NCBI GenBank assembly: GCA_963662285.2
Contig: CAXXMV010000001.1
Coordinates: 1,088,001-1,152,000 of the forward strand
From: a bacterium
GTDB lineage: Bacteria > Hinthialibacterota > Hinthialibacteria > Hinthialibacterales > Hinthialibacteraceae
Length of the DNA stretch: 64,000 nucleotides
Reading direction: 5' to 3'
Both the position numbers and the translations under genes were made by a program. The notes below the pieces were generated by a model that saw nothing but the letters and a program-made list of their open reading frames with translations, did no database searches and had not been told where the DNA came from. Below are positions 38,334-48,181 of the stretch, piece by piece. The number at the start of each line of letters is the position of its first letter. Within the stretch, counting starts at the first letter, position 1.

Positions 38334-39953
38334 TTAATCCAACGACTCATCACCCATAGCTTTCTGGTATGCATGGTATTGACGCTTCATCCTCGGCCAA
38401 GCCAGTTTTTGTAATAATACCAGCATGACGAAGAAAGCAACCATAAAGTAGACAGTCATGGATTGAATGGAATTCATGGGAACGTAATCCGGCGAATGAT
38501 AATGCTGTATTTGCTGATATACCCACGAACCCAATATGCCTATCAAGAAGACTGGAGTGATATAAGTGATGACAAAACCAAAGAATCTCGGCAGTTTCAT
38601 GTCCGCTCCATGTGATGCTTCCTTAATGCCATTGCTGACTTTAAGGACGAACACGAAGATGAAAACCTCAAATAGAGCCAGCAGTGGTATACCGATATTA
38701 CCGCTATACGTATCTACCGTATCCAGCGCAGTGAGGCCCGGCGATAAGATGATGGCGCTGGAACCGAAGAATGTTAAAATTCCCAAAAAGGTTACCGAAG
38801 CGCGGCGTTTTAATCCAAAGCCTTCCTCGAAAAAGGCGATAGCGGGTTGCAGCATGGAAAGCGACGATGTTACTCCAGCCAGGAATAACAGGAAATAAAG
38901 ACACACCGCAAAATATTGCCCGAAAGGCATTAGGTCGAAAATATGCGGCATAGTCACAAATCCGATGCCTACTGTACTTTGATCAGCGATAGTCGACATT
39001 TGCGCTACCCCTAAGAAAACAAAAGCCGCTGGAATTACGATCAATCCCCCCAGACAGACTTCACAAAACTCATTAGTTGCGCTGGCCGTTAGACCGGAAA
39101 GAACCACGTCATCACTTTTCTTCAAGTAACTGGCATAAGTGACGATAATGCCGAATCCAACCGAAAGCGAGAAGAAAATTTGCCCGCACGCCGCCACCCA
39201 TACTTTAGCATTCGCCAGTTGCGACCAATCGGGATTCCACATAAAACCCAAACCGTTGACAACCGATTGTTCGGGATGATCAGGATTGGCGCCCAGCGTT
39301 ACTACCCGAATAACGATAATGAAGGCCATGAAAATCAATAAAGGCATTGCTACCCGGCAAAACCGCTCAATTCCTTTGGTTATGCCTTTATAAATTAAGA
39401 AGAAATTAAACACAAATGTAATTAAGAAAAAAATGAACGATACTTGGATGCCAGAGAAGAATTGCTGCGTCCCCACTTCTGGATCGCCGGTAAATTCTGC
39501 GAAGAATTGACTATAAATGCCCGGATCGCCTGCTGTTTTCAAATTGAGGGCGCCTTTTAGAGCAAACCAGGTATACGCCAGGCACCACGATTCAACATAT
39601 ACATACCACATATAGATAACAACCGGAACAAAAAGCCCCAAGGCGCCTAGATATCTTAAACGGCTGCCTTTCGTAAGGACTCCGAATATTCCTGTCGCCG
39701 AAGAGAGACCAGACAATCGTCCTCCCCGCCTGCCCATAATCCATTCAGCCCAGCAAACAGGTATACCCAATAATAAAAAGGCCAAAAAATAGGGTATCAT
39801 AAATGCCCCGCCGCCGTTTTGCGCTACAACACCCGGGAATCGCAGGAAATTTCCCAGGCCGACGGCGCTTCCCGCCACTGCCAGGATTACCCCGATTTTC
39901 GTGCCCCAATGCTCCCGTTCTACTGTCTCGTTAGAGTTCTTAATATTCGCCAT
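38334..39953 (-). CDS. sodium-dependent transporter, NSS/SNF (LeuT-like) family
   Basis: REHW, GSAVGLGNFLRFP, NGGGAFMIPY, QIFFSLSVGFG, NEFCEV and FLAGVTSS. Confidence 0.97.
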   Translation of the reverse strand: MANIKNSNETVEREHWGTKIGVILAVAGSAVGLGNFLRFPGVVAQNGGGAFMIPYFLAFLLLGIPVCWAEWIMGRRGGRLSGLSSATGIFGVLTKGSRLRYLGALGLFVPVVIYMWYVYVESWCLAYTWFALKGALNLKTAGDPGIYSQFFAEFTGDPEVGTQQFFSGIQVSFIFFLITFVFNFFLIYKGITKGIERFCRVAMPLLIFMAFIIVIRVVTLGANPDHPEQSVVNGLGFMWNPDWSQLANAKVWVAACGQIFFSLSVGFGIIVTYASYLKKSDDVVLSGLTASATNEFCEVCLGGLIVIPAAFVFLGVAQMSTIADQSTVGIGFVTMPHIFDLMPFGQYFAVCLYFLLFLAGVTSSLSMLQPAIAFFEEGFGLKRRASVTFLGILTFFGSSAIILSPGLTALDTVDTYSGNIGIPLLALFEVFIFVFVLKVSNGIKEASHGADMKLPRFFGFVITYITPVFLIGILGSWVYQQIQHYHSPDYVPMNSIQSMTVYFMVAFFVMLVLLQKLAWPRMKRQYHAYQKAMGDESLD

Positions 39954-40255
39954 TGGACTTTCACCATTTTAGAATTTATATGAAAAAGCAAAATATACAT
40001 GAGTATCTAATCACAAGACATACCGTTTAGGCAAGGTTATGAATAAAAAAAGAAATCTTCTGTTTTTAATGGATTTTGAAAGTTATCAATCAAAAACATC
40101 TGGATAGGAAATGAAATATATCATTGATATATCGAGTAATATGCGCATAAGTCGCTTGATTTTATCTCTCCCGGTAAGGTATTCTTTAACTGTCGCTTTA
40201 GAAATCTCTGCTGTTGTATTAAATGTTGAATCTGCCTCTACTAAAGGAGAATCCT

Positions 40256-42259
40256 ATGTTCATCGCAGCCCTATCATTACTTTTAGTTACTATATTAGGG
40301 ATTAACAATACTGCTTTTGCTTTAGACTTCCCCGGTCCGGCGCCAGGCCAAGCGGAATCAAAAATCGAAGATCAGCGTTTTATTTTGGAGAATAATATAA
40401 TTGCAATGGAATGGGGGATTTCTGAAGGGAAATTTCATCCCATTCGCGTTACAAACCGGATTACTGATCAGTCGATCCAGTTAAATGAGATGGAATTATT
40501 TCGTTTATTCTTAAAGAATAACCTTCTGATTGCTGCATCAGACATGAAATTAATTACAAAACCATCTCTTGAAGAATTAAAATCCTTACCGGACGCAGCT
40601 ACTTTGACTCAGCAATACCCCGGCCAAGAGTTAAAGGTTGGTTTTGCTACTGAAGATGGGGCTATTGAAATAAAATGGCGGGCGATTCTACGCGATCAGA
40701 GTAATGCCATCCGGCAGGAATTTATCCTGCTGAATCATGGGGAAGAGTTGCCGCTGGAAAAAATCACGTTTCTTGAACTGCCAAGTCAAGAAACATTGAT
40801 GGCTGGAGACGTCCCCGGTTCACCTATCATAAATAAAGAGATATTTTTTGCCTGTGAGCATCCCAATGCCACGAATATCATAGGTAAGGAAAAAGCGGAG
40901 TGTTCGCTGGAGTGTAATATTCTTATGGCGCCGAGGCAATCAATTGTAAATACTGCTGCAATCGGAAGCGTTCCTCCCGATCAGCACCGCCGGGGCTTTT
41001 TGTATTATATTGAACGGGAACGGGCGCATCCCTACCGTCCATTTCTGCATTACAACTCCTGGTATGACATCTGCTGGGCTGACCTGAAAATTAACGAAGA
41101 GCAATGCATTAAGGTTATAGAACTATATGGAACCCAATTTACCCAGAAATGGGATATCCCTCTTGCATCATTCGTTTGGGATGACGGTTGGGATGATCCA
41201 AAAACTCTGTGGCGCTCTATGAAAAAGAACTTCCCCGATGGTTTTTCGAAAATTCTTCATACAGCGCGTAAGTATGACAGCACGCTAGGATTCTGGCTCT
41301 CTCCATTCGGCGGATATGGAAAACCGGCTGAAGACCGTTATGCATTCGGCAAGATGCAAGGATTTGAAATGAAACAAGGTAAATTCGCTTTGGCCGGTGA
41401 AAAGTATTACCAGCGATTTGCGGAAACCTGCCGGGAGATGATCCAAAAAAATGGTTCAAATTTCTTCAAGTTCGACGGGCTGACCAAAGATATCACTGAA
41501 ACCGAAGCGATGTTGCGGCTATCCCGCGAACTGAGAGGCATCGATCCTGATTTATTTATCAGCATCACAACGGGAACCTGGCCTTCTCCATATTGGTTAT
41601 GGTACGGCGATTCCACATGGCGTGGCGCCAATGATATGGGTTTTCATGGCCCCGGTTCCAAAAGGGAGCAATGGATGACCTATCGCGATATGATAACCTA
41701 TCGAAACGTTGTGCAACCGGCGCCCTTGTATCCCCTGAATTCAATCATGAACCAGGGCATCGCCCATGCTCATTACGGCACGGCCAGTCAAATGGGCAAT
41801 TCGCCCGAAGAGATGAAAAAAGAGTTCCGATCCTTCTTCGCCTGTGGAACATGCCTGCAGGAACTTTATATCTCTCCCGACATGATGACCGCTGAGAACT
41901 GGAAAGATTTGGCTGAAGCAGCCAAGTGGTCGCAAAAAAATGCTGATGTCCTGGTAGATGTGCATTGGATAGGCGGCGATCCCGGACTTGGAGAAATATA
42001 CGGCTGGGCGTCATGGTCAAAACGCAAAGGCGTCATTGCGTTAAGGAATCCCAATCCCTCGGTGTCTGAAATCAAAATTGATATAAAAAAAGCATTTGAA
42101 CTGCCAACTAAGGCTGCCCGCAAATATCGTCTAACCAGCCCCTGGAAGGAAGACAGCGCCAAACCAGTCATCACCCTTCAAGCCGGATCAACTTATTCGT
42201 TCACTCTGCAACCTTTTGAGATTCTGGTTTATGACGCCGAACCGTTATTAGATATATAG
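40256..42259 (+). CDS. secreted clan GH-D-like glycoside hydrolase (alpha-galactosidase-like)
   Basis: Signal peptide after AAGGAG and ATG 40256; LHYNSWYD, WDDGWDD, GFWLSPFGGY and FKFDG motifs. Confidence 0.7.
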   Translation: MFIAALSLLLVTILGINNTAFALDFPGPAPGQAESKIEDQRFILENNIIAMEWGISEGKFHPIRVTNRITDQSIQLNEMELFRLFLKNNLLIAASDMKLITKPSLEELKSLPDAATLTQQYPGQELKVGFATEDGAIEIKWRAILRDQSNAIRQEFILLNHGEELPLEKITFLELPSQETLMAGDVPGSPIINKEIFFACEHPNATNIIGKEKAECSLECNILMAPRQSIVNTAAIGSVPPDQHRRGFLYYIERERAHPYRPFLHYNSWYDICWADLKINEEQCIKVIELYGTQFTQKWDIPLASFVWDDGWDDPKTLWRSMKKNFPDGFSKILHTARKYDSTLGFWLSPFGGYGKPAEDRYAFGKMQGFEMKQGKFALAGEKYYQRFAETCREMIQKNGSNFFKFDGLTKDITETEAMLRLSRELRGIDPDLFISITTGTWPSPYWLWYGDSTWRGANDMGFHGPGSKREQWMTYRDMITYRNVVQPAPLYPLNSIMNQGIAHAHYGTASQMGNSPEEMKKEFRSFFACGTCLQELYISPDMMTAENWKDLAEAAKWSQKNADVLVDVHWIGGDPGLGEIYGWASWSKRKGVIALRNPNPSVSEIKIDIKKAFELPTKAARKYRLTSPWKEDSAKPVITLQAGSTYSFTLQPFEILVYDAEPLLDI

Positions 42260-42279
42260 GAAAAACCGAGCATAACCTT

Positions 42280-43386
42280 ATGGAATTGACATCCGAAGAA
42301 CGTTTATTAAGAACCTTAAATAGAGAACCAGTGGATCGCGTCCCGGTATCCACTTATGAACTGATTCCTTTCGGCGGCGATCCCTGGTATGAATCTCAGC
42401 CCAGTTATCAGAACTTACTGAATATCATCGCAGAAAAAACCGATATTCTTTTCATGTGGGAATCTCCAGCAATCAATCAACTTCAGTGGCATGAAGAGAC
42501 CTCTAAATGGAGTGAAGGCCAGAGCAACTTTGAGCGCTATACCCTCCATACTCCCAAAGGCGACCTCACACGAGTAACCCGCAGGGATAATAATATTCAT
42601 ACCACCTGGACAGTTGAACCATTACTTAAAACGCTTGATGATTTGGCGCACTACTATGAACTGCCCTGGGAATTCAGTGGAGTTGATATGAGCGGATTTG
42701 AACGCTCAAAAGCAAAACTGGGCAACCGGGGAATCATGTTATGCGATACATTAGACCCTATATGCGCTATGGCTTATGGATTCGGCATGGAAGAATTTCT
42801 TATCCTGGCCTGGAGAGACCGGGATACGCTGAAGAAATACATGGATGTAGTGTTGGAGCGCCTGCTGATTGAAATTGAAGAAAAACTAAAAAAAGGCGCC
42901 GGGCCGCTGTGGCGCATATACGGTCCGGAATACGCCACGCCGCCCTACCTTCCATCTGACGCTTTCCGCGAACTGGTAGTAGCCTATGACAAACCGATAG
43001 TAGATTTGATTCATAAATATGGCGGTTTCGTCCGCCTGCACTCACATGGACGCGTTTCTCAATTAATGGAACTTTTTATTGAAATTGGCGCTGATGCGAT
43101 TGATCCGCTTGAACCTTCTCCACAGGGAGACGTAGACCTGGCGCAAATAAAGAAGCGCTATGGCGGTCAATTGATCCTTTTTGGAAACATTGAACTTTCA
43201 TTTCTTGAATGTTGGGATGAAGATCAAATTGAGGATTATGTTAAAAAGTCCATTGACGATGCCGCCGAAGGCGGCGGGTATGTCATCATGCCAACCGCCT
43301 CTCCGATAAACTCTCCGATATGGGAAAAGACAGAGCAAAACTATTATCGTTTTATTGAGGCTGCTCTGAAATACGGGCAATATTAA
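42280..43386 (+). CDS. uroporphyrinogen decarboxylase / MtaA-CmuA superfamily protein
   Basis: TSEERLL...PVDRVP, TPKGDL, RLHSHG, DAIDPLEP and LFGNI. Confidence 0.85.
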   Translation: MELTSEERLLRTLNREPVDRVPVSTYELIPFGGDPWYESQPSYQNLLNIIAEKTDILFMWESPAINQLQWHEETSKWSEGQSNFERYTLHTPKGDLTRVTRRDNNIHTTWTVEPLLKTLDDLAHYYELPWEFSGVDMSGFERSKAKLGNRGIMLCDTLDPICAMAYGFGMEEFLILAWRDRDTLKKYMDVVLERLLIEIEEKLKKGAGPLWRIYGPEYATPPYLPSDAFRELVVAYDKPIVDLIHKYGGFVRLHSHGRVSQLMELFIEIGADAIDPLEPSPQGDVDLAQIKKRYGGQLILFGNIELSFLECWDEDQIEDYVKKSIDDAAEGGGYVIMPTASPINSPIWEKTEQNYYRFIEAALKYGQY

Positions 43387-43628
43387 TAATATTTTTAATA
43401 TTTTCAAAAATATCAAATTCGCCAGTTTTGCGCACTACCATGTTTGTATCTGGAAGATAAAATTTTTTCAGGTGGTTTTTTTTAGAATCGCTTCAGATAT
43501 AACTTCGCGTATTCACTATTTTTTATAAACCACGGTAATTTCAAGTTTTTGACAGCATACCCAATCCCGGCGCCCGGCGCTAATTATTTCTTATCTTTGC
43601 CGCCGCTGTTTAGAGGTTTTTCTTTCCT

Positions 43629-45041
43629 ATGACAAAGCATTGGAAACTGATAGTCGCCACGATTATTCCTTTATTGATTATGTTAATGCCCTCATCGTGG
43701 CTGCCGATTGAGATATCGATTATCGAACATCGGGTATTGGCGATTTTCGTCTTGGCATGTCTCTATTGGGTTTTGGAGCCGATCCCGGTTTACGCCACAT
43801 CGCTGCTGGTGATTCTGCTGGAACTGGTGATGATATCGGATAAAAGTTTTATTCTGTTCCAAGGTGATAAGGGAGACGTCTCATTTGGCTCGGTTCTGCA
43901 TTATACCGATATCATGGCCACCTTTTCGTCTCCCATAATTTTGTTGTTTTTGGGAGGCTTCTTTCTGGCCATGGCGACCAGCAAGTACCGGCTGGATATA
44001 AATCTGGCCCGGATAATGTTAAAGCCGTTTGGAACAAATCCCAAATATATCATGCTGGGATTAATGATTATCACCGCTGTGTTTTCCATGTTTATGAGCA
44101 ATACCGCCACCACCGCCATGATGTTTGCTGTTCTGACTCCGGTTTTGAAATCGTTCGAAAAAGGCGATCCGGGACGATCCGCCTTTATTTTAGCGATTCC
44201 TTTCGCCGCCAATGTCGGCGGTATTGGAACGCCGATTGGAACGCCCCCTAACGCCATTGGCTTAAAATACCTCATCAATGATTCCTCCATCTCATTTGGC
44301 TTGTGGATGTCCTTCGCAGTTCCTTATGTGATTGTTTTAATGCTTTTCACCTGGTTGCTTCTAGTTTTTCTTTTTCCAATTCGCACTAAAGAAATTCACA
44401 TAGAACTTAAAGGAAAATTCCTAACCCACTGGCGGGCCATGACGCTCTATATCACCTTTGGCGTTACTGTGGTATTATGGTTAAGCGGTTCATTACACGG
44501 CATGAATTCTTATATTGTGGCCATGATCCCGGTAGTTGTCTTCTCTATGACCCAGGTAATCACGGTTGAGGATTTAAAGCGCATCAGCTGGGATGTATTA
44601 TGGCTGGTTGCTGGAGGCATCGCATTAGGTTTGGGATTGGAAAAGAGCGGTTTATCGAGGAATCTTATCGAGAATATCCCCTTTGAAGTACTGTCGCCAT
44701 ATATGATATTATTGCTTTGTACGGTAGTGACCTTTATGATGGCTAATTTCATGTCGCATACCGCTACGGCCAACTTGTTGATGCCGATCGTCGCGGCATT
44801 GGGAACTAGTTTGTCGAGTTTACAGCCTTTAGGCGGAGGTCCGATGTTGATCCTGGCAGTAACTTTCGCGGCGTCGCTATCCATGACGCTTCCCATCAGC
44901 ACTCCACCCAATGCCATTGCCTATGCCAGTGGCATGGTAAATACGGCAGAGATGAGAAAATCTGGTTTAATAATCGGTCTCGTTGGACTGCTGGGCGTTT
45001 ATCTGTTAATGTTTATCCTGAAAACGATTGGATTCTTTTAA
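43629..45041 (+). CDS. DASS/SLC13 sodium-coupled anion symporter
   Basis: SMFMSNTATTAMM, GTPIGTPPN, FMSHTAT and LPISTPPNAIAY. Confidence 0.95.
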   Translation: MTKHWKLIVATIIPLLIMLMPSSWLPIEISIIEHRVLAIFVLACLYWVLEPIPVYATSLLVILLELVMISDKSFILFQGDKGDVSFGSVLHYTDIMATFSSPIILLFLGGFFLAMATSKYRLDINLARIMLKPFGTNPKYIMLGLMIITAVFSMFMSNTATTAMMFAVLTPVLKSFEKGDPGRSAFILAIPFAANVGGIGTPIGTPPNAIGLKYLINDSSISFGLWMSFAVPYVIVLMLFTWLLLVFLFPIRTKEIHIELKGKFLTHWRAMTLYITFGVTVVLWLSGSLHGMNSYIVAMIPVVVFSMTQVITVEDLKRISWDVLWLVAGGIALGLGLEKSGLSRNLIENIPFEVLSPYMILLLCTVVTFMMANFMSHTATANLLMPIVAALGTSLSSLQPLGGGPMLILAVTFAASLSMTLPISTPPNAIAYASGMVNTAEMRKSGLIIGLVGLLGVYLLMFILKTIGFF

Positions 45042-45141
45042 GGTAATAGTAAAATAAATACGTCTTTCTTAATATTGGTTAATGATGGCATCACCCAATG
45101 TTGAATGTGAATAAAAACTATACTATTCGAGAACCACTCCA

Positions 45142-46524
45142 ATGAAAGAAGAACCGGAGTCCTTTGTGTATTACCCTACCAATATGGGTTGGTTGATGAA
45201 GACCTATTTCTCTGATCCTGAAAAACGGATTAAACTGAAGAAAGGCGACTGCCTGATTCATGAGGGAGAACCCAATGAAAGATTGTTTCTCATTGTGAAA
45301 GGGGTTTTAAAGGGCAGTACGCGAACTCCAGACGGGGGGACGCTGGAAGCCTTCAAAGCGACCAGGAACCGTTTTGTCGGAGGCCCCAGTTTCTTCTCAA
45401 GATCGTTTACATCGCTAACCACAGTCATTGCGGATGAAGATAGCGAAGTGGCCTATATTGAACAGAATCAAGAAGTGATCAGTGATGGCCAGACTAATAG
45501 CATCGAAGAACAATTTATGCCGGTGATGGTAACAGAACTGGTTCATCGGCAGAATCGTATACAAAAAATTGGCTTGGAAAAAGAGAAAGCGCTTAAAGCG
45601 TTGATTCATTCAGAGAAATTGGCGACGCTGGGACAGATTTCCGCCGGGATTGCCCACGAATTGAATAACGCGGTTGCCGTGGTCAAACGTAATAGCGATT
45701 GGATCAGTCAAGCTATTGCTGGCTTGATGCGAGACACTTATCCCAACCAGGCGCCATACTTTGATTCCGGCATCAATGAAGGACGAAGGATTTCCACCCG
45801 CGAAGTCCGAAAAAGAGCGAAAGAACTGAACGAACATTTCTCGATCAGCAGAGAGACAGCGTTAAAAATCGCTCAAACCGGAATCAGCGATGAGAAACTG
45901 AAACGGATTAATGATTGGCGTGATACAGACATCGAAAAAATGACCAGCTTCTGGGAAATAGGCGCCACTCTTAACGATATGCTGGTTGCCGCAAATCATG
46001 CGGTTCATGTGGTTCAATCAATCAAAAATCTTGGCGCCCAAAGATCAGAACGTAAACCAGGCTTGGATATAAACGAATGCATCAATGAGGCAGTTACGCT
46101 TTTAACGAGTCCATTGAGAAAGATCACTCTCGAGACCGTTTTGGAGCCTCTACCCCTGATAATCGGCAATAAGGGTGAGATTGTTCAGGTGATAATAAAT
46201 ATCTTGCAGAATGCTTGTGAAAGCATGTTATCCGCGGGAACGCCAAATTCTCTTGTATCCATAAGAACCAGATATGGCAACAACCGGATTCAAATTGATA
46301 TTGAAGATAATGGCCCTGGTATTCCTTCAAATATTTTACATCGCATTTTCGAACCGGCTATTACCACAAAAACAGGCGGCAAAACAATAGGACTAGGTTT
46401 GGGACTTACCATAGTAGAGCGATTAGTAGATAGTTACGGGGGAAAAATAAAAGCCAAAAGCAAACCGGGAAAAACGGTTTTTACAATACAACTACCGAGT
46501 GGAGTGGATTATGCAAAAACCTAG
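45142..46524 (+). CDS. soluble sensor histidine kinase with N-terminal cNMP-binding domain
   Basis: LIHEGEPNERLFLIVKG; H-box EKLATLGQISAGIAHELNN; N-box NILQNA; DNGPGI; GLGLGL; no TM. Confidence 0.93.
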   Translation: MKEEPESFVYYPTNMGWLMKTYFSDPEKRIKLKKGDCLIHEGEPNERLFLIVKGVLKGSTRTPDGGTLEAFKATRNRFVGGPSFFSRSFTSLTTVIADEDSEVAYIEQNQEVISDGQTNSIEEQFMPVMVTELVHRQNRIQKIGLEKEKALKALIHSEKLATLGQISAGIAHELNNAVAVVKRNSDWISQAIAGLMRDTYPNQAPYFDSGINEGRRISTREVRKRAKELNEHFSISRETALKIAQTGISDEKLKRINDWRDTDIEKMTSFWEIGATLNDMLVAANHAVHVVQSIKNLGAQRSERKPGLDINECINEAVTLLTSPLRKITLETVLEPLPLIIGNKGEIVQVIINILQNACESMLSAGTPNSLVSIRTRYGNNRIQIDIEDNGPGIPSNILHRIFEPAITTKTGGKTIGLGLGLTIVERLVDSYGGKIKAKSKPGKTVFTIQLPSGVDYAKT

Positions 46525-46993
46525 CATCATCATCGTAGATGACCAACGGGATGTCTTGACTGCGATTAGAAAAGATTTATCCCCATTTGAAGAATTTTTT
46601 GTTCTGGAAGAATGCGAATCGGCGGGTGAAGCGATGGATGTATTGGAAGACCTGGACGCCGCAGGAAATATGGTGGTTCTGATTATTTGCGATCATATTA
46701 TGGCGGAGCAAAATGGAGTGGATTTTCTTATAGAACTTAAAAATGACGACCGTTTCAAATCTATCAAGAAATTGCTATTGACCGGCTTAGCAACTCATAA
46801 AGACACTATTGCCGCAATAAATATGGCCTGCATCGACCGGTATATTGAAAAACCATGGGATCCTGAAGGTTTGCTCGAAAACGTCAAAGTTCTTGTCACT
46901 CAATTTCTACTGCATTCCGGCGTTGATCATCAGCCATTCCTGCCAATTATGGATCAGGAAACGCTTTATCAGGAAATGCAGAACCGCACTTGA
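46511..46993 (+). CDS. single-domain response regulator
   Basis: IVDD, ICDHIM (phospho-Asp), LLTG and EKPW; overlaps the kinase stop. Confidence 0.93.
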   Translation: MQKPSIIIVDDQRDVLTAIRKDLSPFEEFFVLEECESAGEAMDVLEDLDAAGNMVVLIICDHIMAEQNGVDFLIELKNDDRFKSIKKLLLTGLATHKDTIAAINMACIDRYIEKPWDPEGLLENVKVLVTQFLLHSGVDHQPFLPIMDQETLYQEMQNRT

Positions 46994-47001
46994 ATCGACC
47001 T

Positions 47002-47976
47002 TTATCTTCGCCGTCCTCTTCCACGGGTAACCATTCGTGGGGAATTAAACTTTATCGATTCCTCGAACTCCTCAGGGAAGGGGTCCTCTTCAATAACCTT
47101 AAAGTTAATTTTGGGTTGTTCTTTAATTTCAGGTTGTTCTGTATTTTCTGGGTATTCATCGATTAGCGGTTGTTCTATTACGGCAGGTTGTTCTTTTATT
47201 TCTGCTTTTGTTGCTTTGATGTTGGGATTTTTTTGCGCCATCTCTGCAATAATTTTGTTCAGCGCTTTTATAACCTGACGTTTATTAGCAATGACTTTAT
47301 CAATATGCTCCACTTCGTCCAGTTGGTCTAACAATGATTTTCTTAGTATGTGAATATTCGCAATATTAACGCTCGATGATTTATGTTTATTAATCCTGCT
47401 ATCAATCTCATTACCTGTGAGTTCTTTGATTCGATCATGAACCATTTGAATGGTTTCTGAATCTTCGGAGTCATGGGCCATGTTGATTATCTTGTCGATA
47501 AGAATTCTTTTGCTCTCTTCAAGTATCATTACCTCGTCAGAGAGGGCGGATTTCCAATTTTGCACAAGAGTTGACCGTTTCAGGATAACGCTTTGCTGTA
47601 AAGCAATCAGCGCTGACAGTTTATTGGCGTGAATTGATCTCAGATGAAGCAGTTCCCGGTTAAGAGAATTCAAGAGAAGAGGAGATTTGTTATTTTTAAT
47701 CTCAGTTTCCAATTGAGATATCTTTTGAAGGGCTGGATTTTGTTCAAGTTCATTAATGCGTTGCAAGTGAAGATCAATGGATAACACAATTTCTTCTGTC
47801 TCGTTTTGATAAGAAGCCAGACGTTTGTATGCTAGATTAACTTTCGGGCTAAACAGTTCAGAAGGCACGGAGATATCTTGCAAGATAGCATTGGTGTTCT
47901 TTATCTCGCCAGTGATTACGCCAAGAATATCCTGGTGATGACTATAGGCGTATTTTTGAAGATGGTCTGATCTCAT
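47002..47976 (-). CDS. hypothetical coiled-coil protein
   Basis: 324-aa ORF with heptad-rich helices and a Pro/Glu-rich tail ending RGRGRRR. Confidence 0.7.
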   Translation of the reverse strand: MRSDHLQKYAYSHHQDILGVITGEIKNTNAILQDISVPSELFSPKVNLAYKRLASYQNETEEIVLSIDLHLQRINELEQNPALQKISQLETEIKNNKSPLLLNSLNRELLHLRSIHANKLSALIALQQSVILKRSTLVQNWKSALSDEVMILEESKRILIDKIINMAHDSEDSETIQMVHDRIKELTGNEIDSRINKHKSSSVNIANIHILRKSLLDQLDEVEHIDKVIANKRQVIKALNKIIAEMAQKNPNIKATKAEIKEQPAVIEQPLIDEYPENTEQPEIKEQPKINFKVIEEDPFPEEFEESIKFNSPRMVTRGRGRRR

Positions 47977-48181
47977 AATAGTAAATTGTAAACATTTATA
48001 ATGGATAATTATGCGTATAAATTTAATAAAATAAAGAGAATAAATACGATATTGTTAAATATACGTATAAATAATGCGTATACGTTTAATGTTATCATCA
48101 ACTACAAACAGTTCTTAAATTGTACAGTACGGCTAAAATAGATTTTTACCAGATATAACCTCAGAAAACATGGATTAAGAT

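Noticed and set aside
40256-42259. Enterotoxin label sometimes given to this family
   Set aside because: The motifs (YNSW, DDGW, KFDG) are those of clan GH-D glycosidases; nothing in the sequence supports toxin function.
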